From positions 1-39,283 of the forward strand of contig JBBTWG010000023.1 in assembly GCA_038062935.1 (NCBI GenBank): DNA of 39,283 nucleotides. The letters run 5' to 3'. The stretch's first letter is position 1. Every line of letters begins with the position of its first letter. The DNA comes from Patescibacteria group bacterium. GTDB taxonomy: Bacteria > Patescibacteriota > Gracilibacteria > UBA1369 > UBA12463. The notes beneath the pieces were generated by a model. The model searched no databases. It saw only the letters and a program-made list of their open reading frames with translations, and was not told the DNA's origin. The position numbers were made by a program, and so were the translations under genes. Shown piece by piece: positions 8,201 through 17,011 of the stretch.

Positions 8201-10858
8201 ATGGCTTCTATGGCTACTTCTTTGAAGCACAGAGAACCGATCGGCTCTCATGTGCGTCCTTTGTCGTGCATCCTGGCTTTCGAGGAAGGGGATCGGAGTA
8301 TGAAGGCCTTGCTCGGCGGAAAAGGCGCGAATCTCGCGGAAATGACGAATCTGGGTCTTCCGGTGCCTCCGGGGTTTACGATTACGACGGAGGTGTGTGA
8401 TTTTTATTTGAAGAATCGTTCGTATCCGGAAGGGTTTTCTGAAATTCTGGAAGAGAAGCTTGCTGCACTCGAGACAAAAATGGGGAAAAAACTGGGAGAT
8501 GCGGAGGATCCTTTGCTTGTGTCGGTGCGGAGTGGTGCGGCGGTTTCGATGCCGGGGATGATGGATACGATTCTCAATTTGGGATTGAATGATGCGACGG
8601 TGGCTGGACTTGCAGCTCGTACGAATAATGAACGATTTGCCTGGGATTGTTATCGACGGTTTATTCAGATGTATTCGAATGTGGTACTCAACGTGCATCA
8701 CGATTTTTTTGAGGAGGCACTGAGTGCTGCGAAAGCGAAATGCGAAGTGCGTTTGGATACGGATTTGATGGTGGAGGATTTGAAAATGCTCGTCGTGGAG
8801 TACAAAAAAATTGTGAAAGAGCATGGCAAGGTAGAATTTCCAAGTGATCCGCGAGAACAGCTGAAAGGCGCAGTGGAAGCGGTTTTTCGATCTTGGAATA
8901 ATGATCGTGCGATCATGTATCGACGGATTCATCATTTGACGCATGTGTCCGGGACGGCAGCGAATGTGCAGTCAATGGTGTTCGGCAATATGGGCGAAAT
9001 GTCAGGAACGGGCGTGGCTTTCACGCGCAATCCTTCCACGGGCGAGAAAGTTTTTTATGGAGAATTTCTCATCAATGCGCAGGGAGAAGATGTGGTCGCA
9101 GGAATTCGCACTCCAGAGCCAGTTTCGGCGATGGAGAAGGTGCTTCCACAGGCGTACGCGCAGCTGATGGAGATCCAGTCGACGTTGGAAAAACATTATC
9201 GGGATATGCAAGATATCGAATTTACTGTGGAGAATGGTCGACTTTTCATGTTGCAAACGCGCAGTGGAAAACGCACGGCACATGCAGCGATCAAGATTGC
9301 GGTGGATTTGGTGAATGAAGGTTTGCTGACGCCAAATGAAGCGTTGATGAAAATTGATCCGTACTCTTTGTCGCAACTTTTCCATCCGCGTTTGGATCCG
9401 AAAGCGGAGAAAAAAGTCGTGGCGCGTGGGCTTCCGGCGAGTCCTGGAGCTGCGTCTGGTCGTGTGGTTTTCACGGCGGAAGATGCGGTGGAGTGGGTTT
9501 TGAAAAATGAAAAAGTGATCCTCGTACGTCGGGAAACGAGTCCGGAGGATATTCAGGGAATGCATGTTTCTCAGGGAATTTTGACATCGACGGGCGGACT
9601 TTCTAGTCATGCGGCGGTCGTGGCGCGGGGCATGGGAACACCATGCATCGCGGGGTGCAGTGCGATTACGGTGCAGCCTGCGCGAAAGAAAATTATCATT
9701 GGGGAATTGGAAATTTCGGAAGGGGATTTCGTGACTTTGGACGGCAGTACGGGCGAAGTGATGCTCGGTCAGGTGAAGATGATTCCGCCGACGGTGACGC
9801 CGGATTTGGACATCGTGCTCGGGTGGGCGGACAAGGCGCGACGACTGCATGTGCGTGCGAATGCGGACACGCCGGAGGACGCGGCGAAAGCGCGGGAATT
9901 TGGAGCAGAAGGAATTGGATTGTGTCGCACAGAGCATATGTTTTTCCAAGAAGGTCGCATCCAGTCGGTTCGTGAAATGATTTTGGCGCGCGATGTGGAT
10001 GCTCGAAAGAAAGCTCTCGCAAAACTTCTGCCGATGCAGCGCGAAGACTTCGTTGGGATTTTGCGTGTGATGAACGGATTTCCGGTGACGATTCGTTTGC
10101 TGGATCCACCGTTGCATGAATTTTTGCCAAATAAAGAAGATCAGATTGCGGCACTTGCTGAGGAGTTTGGCATTTCTCTGGATGCAGTGAAGAGCATTGC
10201 TTCCAATCTCCATGAGGTCAATCCGATGCTCGGGCATCGTGGATGTCGTCTCGCGGTGACGTATCCGGAGATTTATGAAATGCAGGTGGAGGCTATTATT
10301 CTGGCATGTATTGATGTGCGAAAAGAAGGCGTGGTGATTTATCCTGAGATCGAAATGCCACTGATTGCGAATGCGAATGAGATGAAATTTCTGCGAGAGC
10401 TTGCGGAAAATGTGATTGCGAAATATCGTCCGCAAATTGATTTCGAATACAAAATCGGTGCGATGTTGGAACTGCCACGAGCGTGTCTGACGGCCGATGC
10501 GATTACGCCGTATGCGGATTTTTTCTCTTTTGGAACGAATGATTTGACTCAGACAACCTATGGAATTTCGCGTGATGATGTTGGGAAATTTATGAATGCG
10601 TACATCGAAAAAGGCCTCCTAGAACGCGATCCGAGCGAGTCGATCGACGTCGCGGGTGTCGGCGAACTCATGAAAATTGCTGTGTCAAAAGCACGAAGTA
10701 TTTCTGGGAATATTGACATCGGCATTTGCGGAGAACACGGCGGAGAATCGGCGAGCGTGGAATTCTGTCACGCGATTGGGCTCAATTATGTGAGCTGCTC
10801 AACATATCGCGTGATTGGTGCGCGAGTTGCGGCCGGGAGGGCTGCGATCAACGTGTGA
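8201..10858 (+). CDS. ppdK: Pyruvate, phosphate dikinase
   Basis: Motifs LLGGKGANLAEM, VSVRSGA..SMPGMMDT, GGLSSHAAVVARG, GIGLCRTEHMF, FSFGTNDLTQ, GICGEHGG. Exact start uncertain. Confidence 0.97.
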   Translation: MASMATSLKHREPIGSHVRPLSCILAFEEGDRSMKALLGGKGANLAEMTNLGLPVPPGFTITTEVCDFYLKNRSYPEGFSEILEEKLAALETKMGKKLGDAEDPLLVSVRSGAAVSMPGMMDTILNLGLNDATVAGLAARTNNERFAWDCYRRFIQMYSNVVLNVHHDFFEEALSAAKAKCEVRLDTDLMVEDLKMLVVEYKKIVKEHGKVEFPSDPREQLKGAVEAVFRSWNNDRAIMYRRIHHLTHVSGTAANVQSMVFGNMGEMSGTGVAFTRNPSTGEKVFYGEFLINAQGEDVVAGIRTPEPVSAMEKVLPQAYAQLMEIQSTLEKHYRDMQDIEFTVENGRLFMLQTRSGKRTAHAAIKIAVDLVNEGLLTPNEALMKIDPYSLSQLFHPRLDPKAEKKVVARGLPASPGAASGRVVFTAEDAVEWVLKNEKVILVRRETSPEDIQGMHVSQGILTSTGGLSSHAAVVARGMGTPCIAGCSAITVQPARKKIIIGELEISEGDFVTLDGSTGEVMLGQVKMIPPTVTPDLDIVLGWADKARRLHVRANADTPEDAAKAREFGAEGIGLCRTEHMFFQEGRIQSVREMILARDVDARKKALAKLLPMQREDFVGILRVMNGFPVTIRLLDPPLHEFLPNKEDQIAALAEEFGISLDAVKSIASNLHEVNPMLGHRGCRLAVTYPEIYEMQVEAIILACIDVRKEGVVIYPEIEMPLIANANEMKFLRELAENVIAKYRPQIDFEYKIGAMLELPRACLTADAITPYADFFSFGTNDLTQTTYGISRDDVGKFMNAYIEKGLLERDPSESIDVAGVGELMKIAVSKARSISGNIDIGICGEHGGESASVEFCHAIGLNYVSCSTYRVIGARVAAGRAAINV

Positions 10859-10882
10859 CATTTGACTTGTGACGTGTGACTT
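10851..10882. repeat. TGTGAC-type heptamer repeats overlapping the ppdK stop
   Basis: acgtgtg acatttg acttgtg acgtgtg actt. Confidence 0.75.
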
Positions 10883-10884
10883 TT

Positions 10885-11094
10885 TCACTCTTCTCCTGTT
10901 TCTGCTTGGGGCTTTACTCTTTCTCTGGCTGCTTTTAGTGCCCTCAATATCTCGCTCACTTCTTCATCAGTTAGCGATGAACTCGGCAAGTCTGCTTTCG
11001 ACCGACTTGCTTTCGCGAGTATCGCAAGCTCTTTGGCGGTGAATTTCTGCTTGGGTTGATCTAATTCATCGGTCTTTTGATCTTCTTTTCCCAT
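10885..11094 (-). CDS. Small hypothetical protein
   Basis: 69-aa charged ORF with a consensus promoter upstream. Confidence 0.65.
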   Translation of the reverse strand: MGKEDQKTDELDQPKQKFTAKELAILAKASRSKADLPSSSLTDEEVSEILRALKAARERVKPQAETGEE

Positions 11095-11142
11095 GGGATT
11101 CTTGTTAGTGGATGCTATTTATTTCTTGTTTTCTGGCTCACT

Positions 11143-11170
11143 ATTATAATCCAATGTTTTTATTTGTCAA
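11143..11170 (-). promoter_or_regulatory. Sigma70 promoter
   Basis: TTGACA(11170-11165)-16 bp-TATAAT(11148-11143) on the minus strand. Confidence 0.7.
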
Positions 11171-11220
11171 TGTGGCAATGTAGTGTTGGGTCGTGTCTGG
11201 TGATGATGAGTTTCATGAAT

Positions 11221-11694
11221 TTAGGTTTCTAAAATACTGACTTTTTGTCCGAGGAGCTCCAGGAATTTGTGGAACATTTCTTTCGAAAGTTCGAGCGTTG
11301 CAGTGTTTCGGTTTGGATGGAAACCGACGATTTCGGCATTATGGACGTCTCTGTCGATGTAGACTTCGATTGATTTTTCCGTATCGTTGAGCAGACCAAA
11401 TGGTGAAACTGAACCAGGCTCCAGGTTTAATTTTTCTTTCATCGCTTCTGGACTGGCGAAACTCACTTTGGTTTCGCTGACGGTTTGGGCGAATTTCTTG
11501 AGATCGGTTCTCTTGTTTGCTGGCAAAATCACGAGAAAATACCTGCCGCTTTTCCCCTTTAGAAAAAGATTTTTGCAGGCGAGACCCGGGATGTGAGCGC
11601 AGTGAATTTCAGCTTCTTCACAGGTGAAAACCGCGGGATGCTCGTGGAGAACGGTGGTGATTTGGTGAAGTTCAAGGAACTGTTCGGGGGTCAT
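11221..11694 (-). CDS. YbaK/ProXp-ala (PrdX-like) aminoacyl-tRNA deacylase
   Basis: HPAVFTCEEA..CKNLFLK..SFASPE..LNLEPGSVSPFGLLND..FHPNRNTAT. Confidence 0.9.
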   Translation of the reverse strand: MTPEQFLELHQITTVLHEHPAVFTCEEAEIHCAHIPGLACKNLFLKGKSGRYFLVILPANKRTDLKKFAQTVSETKVSFASPEAMKEKLNLEPGSVSPFGLLNDTEKSIEVYIDRDVHNAEIVGFHPNRNTATLELSKEMFHKFLELLGQKVSILET

Positions 11695-11704
11695 AGTTTT
11701 TTAT

Positions 11705-12586
11705 TTACCATCGCAATTTTTCACTGAGCTGTTCCCAATATGTCTTCTCACCGATGCGGAGAAATTGCATGTTGTAGCGAGATTTTTTGATGAGGATGTG
11801 GTCGCCGCGCTGGACTTCGTGACTGACTTGGCCGTCGAGGGTGAGACGCATTTCGGCGTTGGTTTCGCTTTTTTTGAGCATTTCGATTTCGATGCGGCTG
11901 TTTTCGGAGACGACTATGGGGCGCAGAGAGAGATTGAGCGGACAGATGGGATTGATGATCATGCCGCAGATTTCGGGATGAAGGACTGGTCCGCTGGCGG
12001 AGAGTGAGTGACCGGTGGAGCCAGTGGGAGTTGCGATGATGAGGCCGTCGGCGCGCATGTCGAAGATTTTCTTGTCGTTGATTTTGATGTTCATTCCAAC
12101 GAGGCGCGGGAAACTGCCCTGGCTGATGACGGCTTCGTTGAGCGCTGTTCCAGTGAGTAATTCTTTTTTTCCACGGAAAAGTGCGACGGAGAGAACGGCA
12201 CGATGCTCAAGTGTGTAGTTGCCTTTTGCTATTTTTTGGAGTGCGCTTTTGAGTTTTTCTTTCCGAATTTCGGTCATAAATCCCAAATTTCCGGTGTTGA
12301 TCGGGAGGAGTTTCACGTTGCCAAATTCCGTGAGACGCGCGCTGCGAAGAACTGTTCCGTCGCCGCCGATCGTGATGAAAAAATCTACTTTTCCGACCAT
12401 TTTTTCGGCGGGCATGCCTTTTTTCCCGAGGGTTTCTGCGGTGTTTTCGTCGTAGACGATTTCAAATTTTGATTGCTCGAGAATTTTTGCAATGTCACGA
12501 AGTTCGTTGATTTTTTCGTGTTCGGTGGAGAGGCGCTTTTTTCCGAAGATGCCGAGGGTAAACTTGTGAAGTGTGATTTGTGGCAT
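11705..12586 (-). CDS. nadK: NAD(+) kinase
   Basis: Motifs GGDGT, GNLGF, ALNE, ADGLIIATPTGST, DGQ. Confidence 0.95.
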   Translation of the reverse strand: MPQITLHKFTLGIFGKKRLSTEHEKINELRDIAKILEQSKFEIVYDENTAETLGKKGMPAEKMVGKVDFFITIGGDGTVLRSARLTEFGNVKLLPINTGNLGFMTEIRKEKLKSALQKIAKGNYTLEHRAVLSVALFRGKKELLTGTALNEAVISQGSFPRLVGMNIKINDKKIFDMRADGLIIATPTGSTGHSLSASGPVLHPEICGMIINPICPLNLSLRPIVVSENSRIEIEMLKKSETNAEMRLTLDGQVSHEVQRGDHILIKKSRYNMQFLRIGEKTYWEQLSEKLRW

Positions 12587-12630
12587 GTGACTTGGGGAAC
12601 TTGTGACATTTGACATGTGACTTGTGACTT
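12584..12630. repeat. TGTGAC-type heptamer repeats
   Basis: catgtgacttggggaacttgtgacatttgacatgtgacttgtgactt between the glycosyltransferase and nadK. Confidence 0.75.
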
Positions 12631-13702
12631 AGGAATTGAAGAGATTTTTTAATTTTTCGGCGCTGATTTTCCAGGAGAATTTTTCGGCTTGCTTGAGGCC
12701 TTTTTCGATCAGCTCTTTTCGGAGAGATTCGCTGTTGGCGAGTGTTTCTATTTTTTCTGCTAATTCATTTTCGTCGTTTGGATTGATGAGGAGCCCTGCG
12801 TCGCCGACGACTTCTGGTATGGACGATGTGTTGCTCGCGATGATCGGACATCCGGATTTCATGGCTTCTACCAGTGGAATTCCGAAGCCTTCATAGAGCG
12901 ACGGAAAGATGAACATTTGCGCAGTATTATAGTAACGTACTAATTCTTCGCCGGAAATATATTCTTTGAAATAGATGCGGTTTGCACAGGTGGTGGCGCG
13001 CGCGGTGGCGAGGATTTTTTTGTATTTCCAGCCTTTTCCGCCGATGATCACGAGGTCGGCTTTTACTTTTGCTTTTTCGAAGGCGCGAATCAGGGTTGTG
13101 TAGTTTTTGCGCGGTTCGAGTGTGCCGACAGCGAGGAGGAGCTGATGATTGATAACTTCGAGATTATAACTTTTTGGCGTGAATTTTTCGCTGGCAGCGC
13201 AGGGGATGACTATTCCTTTTTCATTTTGGTTTCCGAATATTTTTTCGAGATCTTTTTTGGTGTTCTGCGAAACTGTTACGACTTTCCAGGCTTTTTTCAG
13301 GGCTTTTTTCAATGTGAGTTTTTCTATAATTTTTGCCTTTTGGTTATTGCCTTTTGGAAAAATCCACGCGACGAGGTCGTGGACGACGATAACAGTTTTC
13401 TGTTTTTTTGGCAGGAGCGCCGGGATGATGAAGCTTGTTGGCGCGAAAAAAATATCAGGTTTTTCTCGACGAATCTCGCGCGCAACTTTCCAATGCCACC
13501 AGAATGATTTGGCTTGAACGACGCGGATTTCTGCGTTTTTGAATTGTTGCCACTCTGTGGAGTCGACGGGTTCGTCGGCATAGAGAATAAAATGATCGGC
13601 TTGATTTTGCTGTAAAAGCGCTCTGACGATTTCGAAAGTATACCAACCTTTTCCGGCTTTCTTTTTTTTCACGGCTTCGCGAATGTCGATGGAAATTCTC
13701 AT
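12629..13702 (-). CDS. Glycosyltransferase family 4 (GT-B fold)
   Basis: Motifs VHDL, VGTLEPRKN, FIFPSLYEGFGIPLVEAM, SSIPEV. Confidence 0.95.
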   Translation of the reverse strand: MRISIDIREAVKKKKAGKGWYTFEIVRALLQQNQADHFILYADEPVDSTEWQQFKNAEIRVVQAKSFWWHWKVAREIRREKPDIFFAPTSFIIPALLPKKQKTVIVVHDLVAWIFPKGNNQKAKIIEKLTLKKALKKAWKVVTVSQNTKKDLEKIFGNQNEKGIVIPCAASEKFTPKSYNLEVINHQLLLAVGTLEPRKNYTTLIRAFEKAKVKADLVIIGGKGWKYKKILATARATTCANRIYFKEYISGEELVRYYNTAQMFIFPSLYEGFGIPLVEAMKSGCPIIASNTSSIPEVVGDAGLLINPNDENELAEKIETLANSESLRKELIEKGLKQAEKFSWKISAEKLKNLFNS

Positions 13703-13739
13703 TTCTTTACTTTTTTATGCTTCCTGCTATGATTTTTGT

Positions 13740-14327
13740 ATGCCACAAAAGCGACTTGGTCAATACATTTATGAGCTTTCTTTCGCGCAGAAAATGGTGA
13801 TGGCTGGTGGATTTCTCGCAGCAATCAGCGTTTTTATGCCGTGGTATCAGGATTTAGATCGATTTAATACGGGTTTTGAATTTTATGGAATTACCGGGCC
13901 ACTCTATCTCGTGGGACTGTTTTTTTTGGCTACGGGGGCACTGATTCTCGGAAGCCTCTTTGTGGCGAGTGTTCGTGACAAGATTAAAAAACTTGGTTTT
14001 CAATTGTCGCATTTTTATAGTCTTTCTGCTGGATTTTTGGGGTTTCTTTTTGTTCTTACGAATTCTGTGTATTTTCATGAAAACTTTGGTGTCAATATTA
14101 CCGAAAAAGCTTTTCGTTTTGGTATGGTTTTCGCGGTGGTAGGAATTTTTTCACTTTTTGTGGGAAGTGTTTTTCTCGGCCGCGAGAGGCCGAAAACGAC
14201 GAGTAGCGATCTCTTCGGAGAGAGCCTTGATGAAGTTTTGGAACAGCGACCTTCGCGTGAGCATCAAACTTTAACTGAAATGCCTCACGAAAAATCGACT
14301 GCAGAACAAGGAAAAATTGATCTTTAA
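13740..14327 (+). CDS. Hypothetical membrane protein
   Basis: Four hydrophobic segments (..SVFMPWY..) and a polar tail. Confidence 0.75.
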   Translation: MPQKRLGQYIYELSFAQKMVMAGGFLAAISVFMPWYQDLDRFNTGFEFYGITGPLYLVGLFFLATGALILGSLFVASVRDKIKKLGFQLSHFYSLSAGFLGFLFVLTNSVYFHENFGVNITEKAFRFGMVFAVVGIFSLFVGSVFLGRERPKTTSSDLFGESLDEVLEQRPSREHQTLTEMPHEKSTAEQGKIDL

Positions 14328-14333
14328 TTTTTT

Positions 14334-14546
14334 ATGAAAGAAGAACAACTTTGGAATACTGTCGTTTTTTACTGCAAAGACTGCGAAAGAATCGTGGACG
14401 TGGATCGTGCTGGGCGGAAATATGTTTATATGTGTAAAATTTGTCATACGAAAAATGTGGCTTTTGGAACGGAAAAAAGCATCCGTGGGTATTTCCATGT
14501 GGAAGACGAACCTGTGACTGAGGAACCTGTGACCAGTGACGTGTGA
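14334..14546 (+). CDS. Small zinc-ribbon-like protein
   Basis: Two Cys pairs, CKDC and CKIC, in a 70-aa ORF. Confidence 0.7.
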   Translation: MKEEQLWNTVVFYCKDCERIVDVDRAGRKYVYMCKICHTKNVAFGTEKSIRGYFHVEDEPVTEEPVTSDV

Positions 14547-14556
14547 CATGTGACTT
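14511..14556. repeat. TGTGAC-type heptamer repeats overlapping a stop codon
   Basis: cctgtgactgaggaacctgtgaccagtgacgtgtgacatgtgactt. Confidence 0.75.
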
Positions 14557-14649
14557 TTCTCACCAATGAGCCAGTTTATCTTTTTGTCATAAAGAATTTA
14601 AGAATATTTCATCTCCGAGTGCTATACAGTTTCTGTCAATGATAAACAC

Positions 14650-14679
14650 TTGACGGTGAGTGCATGCTCACCCTATCAT
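14650..14679 (+). promoter_or_regulatory. recA promoter with a palindrome in the spacer
   Basis: TTGACG-18 bp-TATCAT containing GGTGAG-N6-CTCACC. Confidence 0.55.
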
Positions 14680-14714
14680 TGGCGCATATAATTATTTCTT
14701 ATCTTCTCTTTTCT

Positions 14715-15809
14715 ATGACGCAAAAAACGCTCAAAGATGCTGAAAAACCAGCAGAAAAGGCGAAAACTTTTACGATCGATCCAGAGAAAAAACGTGTCCT
14801 CGATTTGGCAGTTTCTCAGATCGAAAAGGATTTCGGAAAAGGTTCTATTATGAGACTTGGTGCAGCTGATCGCGTGGCGATCGAGACAATTCCTACGGGT
14901 TCTCTTTCTCTCGATATCGCGCTCGGTGGTGGAATTCCTCGTGGTCGTGTAGTTGAAATTTATGGCCCAGAAAGCTCAGGCAAAACGACACTTTCGCTCC
15001 ATATCATTGCAGAAGCTCAGAAGCGCGCCGGTCAAGTGGCGTTCATCGATGCCGAACATGCTTTGGATCCAGAATATGCTCGAAAAATTGGTGTGGATCT
15101 CGACAATTTGCTTATTTCTCAGCCTGATAGTGGAGAACAGGCGCTGGAGATTGTGGAGACGCTCGTACGCTCAAATGCGGTGGATGTGATCGTGGTGGAC
15201 TCAGTAGCGGCACTCACACCTCGTGCAGAAATTGAGGGTGAAATGGGCGACCCACAGATGGGTCTCCAGGCAAGACTTATGTCGCAGGCTCTTCGAAAAT
15301 TGACAGCGACGATCGGAAAAACGAAAACAACAGTCATTTTCTTGAACCAGCTTCGCATGAAAATTGGCGTGGTTTTCGGCAATCCAGAGACGACGACGGG
15401 TGGCAATGCGCTCAAATTCTATGCTTCGGTTCGTATGGAGATTCGTTCTTCGACGAAGATTGAGCAAGGAACTGGCGATGACAAGGAGTTCATTGGCGTT
15501 CGGGCTCGCGTGAAAGTCGTGAAAAACAAGATCGCTCCTCCTTTCAAAATTGCGGAATTCGATATCATGTACAACCGCGGTATTTCATACGTCGGCGATG
15601 TACTCGATTTAGCTTCAAAATATGAGATTGCTCGTAAATCAGGGGCGTTCTACAGCTATGGTGAAACAAAGCTGGGTCAAGGTCGGGATAGTGCCAAAGG
15701 CTTTTTAGCTACCAATCCGACTATTCTACGAGCTCTCGAGAAGGAAGTTCTCGAAAAAGTGAAGCAGCTTCAAACGGCTTCAGAGAGCCAAGGGTCAATG
15801 GTGACATAA
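14715..15809 (+). CDS. recA: Recombinase RecA
   Basis: [37 protein letters not shown]. Confidence 0.99.
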   Translation: MTQKTLKDAEKPAEKAKTFTIDPEKKRVLDLAVSQIEKDFGKGSIMRLGAADRVAIETIPTGSLSLDIALGGGIPRGRVVEIYGPESSGKTTLSLHIIAEAQKRAGQVAFIDAEHALDPEYARKIGVDLDNLLISQPDSGEQALEIVETLVRSNAVDVIVVDSVAALTPRAEIEGEMGDPQMGLQARLMSQALRKLTATIGKTKTTVIFLNQLRMKIGVVFGNPETTTGGNALKFYASVRMEIRSSTKIEQGTGDDKEFIGVRARVKVVKNKIAPPFKIAEFDIMYNRGISYVGDVLDLASKYEIARKSGAFYSYGETKLGQGRDSAKGFLATNPTILRALEKEVLEKVKQLQTASESQGSMVT

Positions 15810-15813
15810 AATT

Positions 15814-15837
15814 TTCAGCTTTGTAAAGCTGAATTTT
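15814..15837 (+). terminator. Hairpin plus U-run after recA
   Basis: TTCAGCTT-tgta-AAGCTGAA-TTTT. Confidence 0.45.
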
Positions 15838-15932
15838 CAGCTTTCAAGGGTGACTAGACCTACGAATTATGGCTAGTCAACACCATTTTCTCTTGATTTC
15901 TATCTGAGTTTTTGGGACAATCGCGAGTGCAG

Positions 15933-15972
15933 AGTCCGAGGATAAGTGAGTGAGGGTCCTCGGACTTTTTTT
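15933..15972 (+). terminator. Intrinsic terminator-like hairpin
   Basis: AGTCCGAGGA-N14-TCCTCGGACT followed by a T run. Confidence 0.6.
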
Positions 15973-15993
15973 GTGCCCGGAAATCGGTGTACT

Positions 15994-16153
15994 CGAAAAA
16001 GAGTGCGGGATTTTGCGCGCGCGTCGCCGGAATTTTCCCCCTGCGAGGGAAAATTCCTAAGTGCTCGTGATTCGCTCGTCCCGCTTCGCGGGACACCATG
16101 CCCGCTCATCCTCGCAGTTGCGCCACGCGCGCAAAATCCCGCACTCTTTTTCG
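15994..16153. repeat. Long-stem structured element, family A copy 1
   Basis: Perfect 28-bp inverted repeat (15994-16021/16126-16153) enclosing a core homologous to 37426-37526. Confidence 0.85.
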
Positions 16154-16204
16154 GAACAACCTTTTGGGCACAAAAATTGTTATGTTTTTTTTATTTTTTC
16201 TGGT

Positions 16205-16387
16205 TCTCAAAAGTGGTGAGTGAAGAATTTTTTCGAAAAAATTGCGAGGACGCGGGATCCAGAAGAGATAGTTTTTGGCGTAAAGAAAATCGAATTGCTT
16301 GCAATTCGATTTTTAGCCAAAACACTATCCTTGTGGTCGCGCCCGGAGCACTTTTTCGAAAAAATTCTTCACTCACCACTTTTGAGA
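16205..16387. repeat. Long-stem structured element, family B copy 1
   Basis: Perfect 36-bp inverted repeat (16205-16240/16352-16387); the core is homologous to 18303-18401 in the opposite orientation. Confidence 0.85.
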
Positions 16388-16424
16388 TGCTGGTAAAAAC
16401 CTCGAAAAACGCTATACTCAGCCC

Positions 16425-16883
16425 ATGTACGAGACTATCATGCAGGCGGCTTTGAAAATTGTTTCGCGGCGACGGCGGACGGTTTTGGAGATGCGGGGAA
16501 AACTTTTTGAGAAATTTCCTGGCGAAGACGTGGTGATTGAAAAAGTTTTGGTGCGACTTTTGGAGATGAAATATTTGGATGATTATTCGTATGTGCAGGC
16601 TTTTGCGCGGGATCGTTTGAAATTTCGACCGCGGGGGAAGAAGATGATTGAGTTTGAGTTGAAGAGGAAAGGTGTGGATGCTGCGACGGCGGCGAGAGGG
16701 CTTGCGGATTTGGAGATTGATGAAGTCGAGACGGCGCGGAAAATTTTTGCACTTTATAAGAAAAAATCTTCTTTTAAGCGAGCAAAAAATCAACGTGCTT
16801 CTGTTTTTCGGCATTTGGCGAGTCGCGGGATTTCTTTTGCTGCTGCGCAGCGGGTGGTGACGGAAAGCAGGATTGAGGATTGA
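16425..16883 (+). CDS. recX: Regulatory protein RecX
   Basis: ALKIVSRRRRT..E; YLDDYSY; PRGKKMIEFELKRKGV; HLASRGIS; downstream of recA. Confidence 0.9.
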   Translation: MYETIMQAALKIVSRRRRTVLEMRGKLFEKFPGEDVVIEKVLVRLLEMKYLDDYSYVQAFARDRLKFRPRGKKMIEFELKRKGVDAATAARGLADLEIDEVETARKIFALYKKKSSFKRAKNQRASVFRHLASRGISFAAAQRVVTESRIED

Positions 16884-16899
16884 GGATGTAGGATTGAGG
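16868..16899. repeat. TAGGATT/GAGGATT heptamer repeats
   Basis: caggatt gaggatt gaggatg taggatt gagg, overlapping the recX stop. Confidence 0.75.
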
Positions 16900-17011
16900 G
16901 CGATTGGACGGCTTTTTTTGACTTTTGGCTGACTTGCTGTTAGAATCTCCTCGAAAGTAAGGTTTATTTGAACCTTGCTTGTTTTTTTGTACTTCTTTAT
17001 TTTTACTTGTT

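Noticed and set aside
9002-10435. Long antisense ORFs opposite ppdK, dnaJ, the pilB-like gene and pcrA
   Set aside because: These are codon-bias shadows of well-conserved genes and carry no motifs.
8126-10858. Alternative genetic code 25 (TGA = Gly), as in some Gracilibacteria
   Set aside because: higA, ppdK, recX and the dGTPase-like gene end at TGA at expected lengths, and long genes have no internal TGA.
15994-16387. Classical MITEs, or the short ORFs predicted across these elements
   Set aside because: Termini are not conserved between copies, no target-site duplications were evident, and the ORFs are translations of palindromes.
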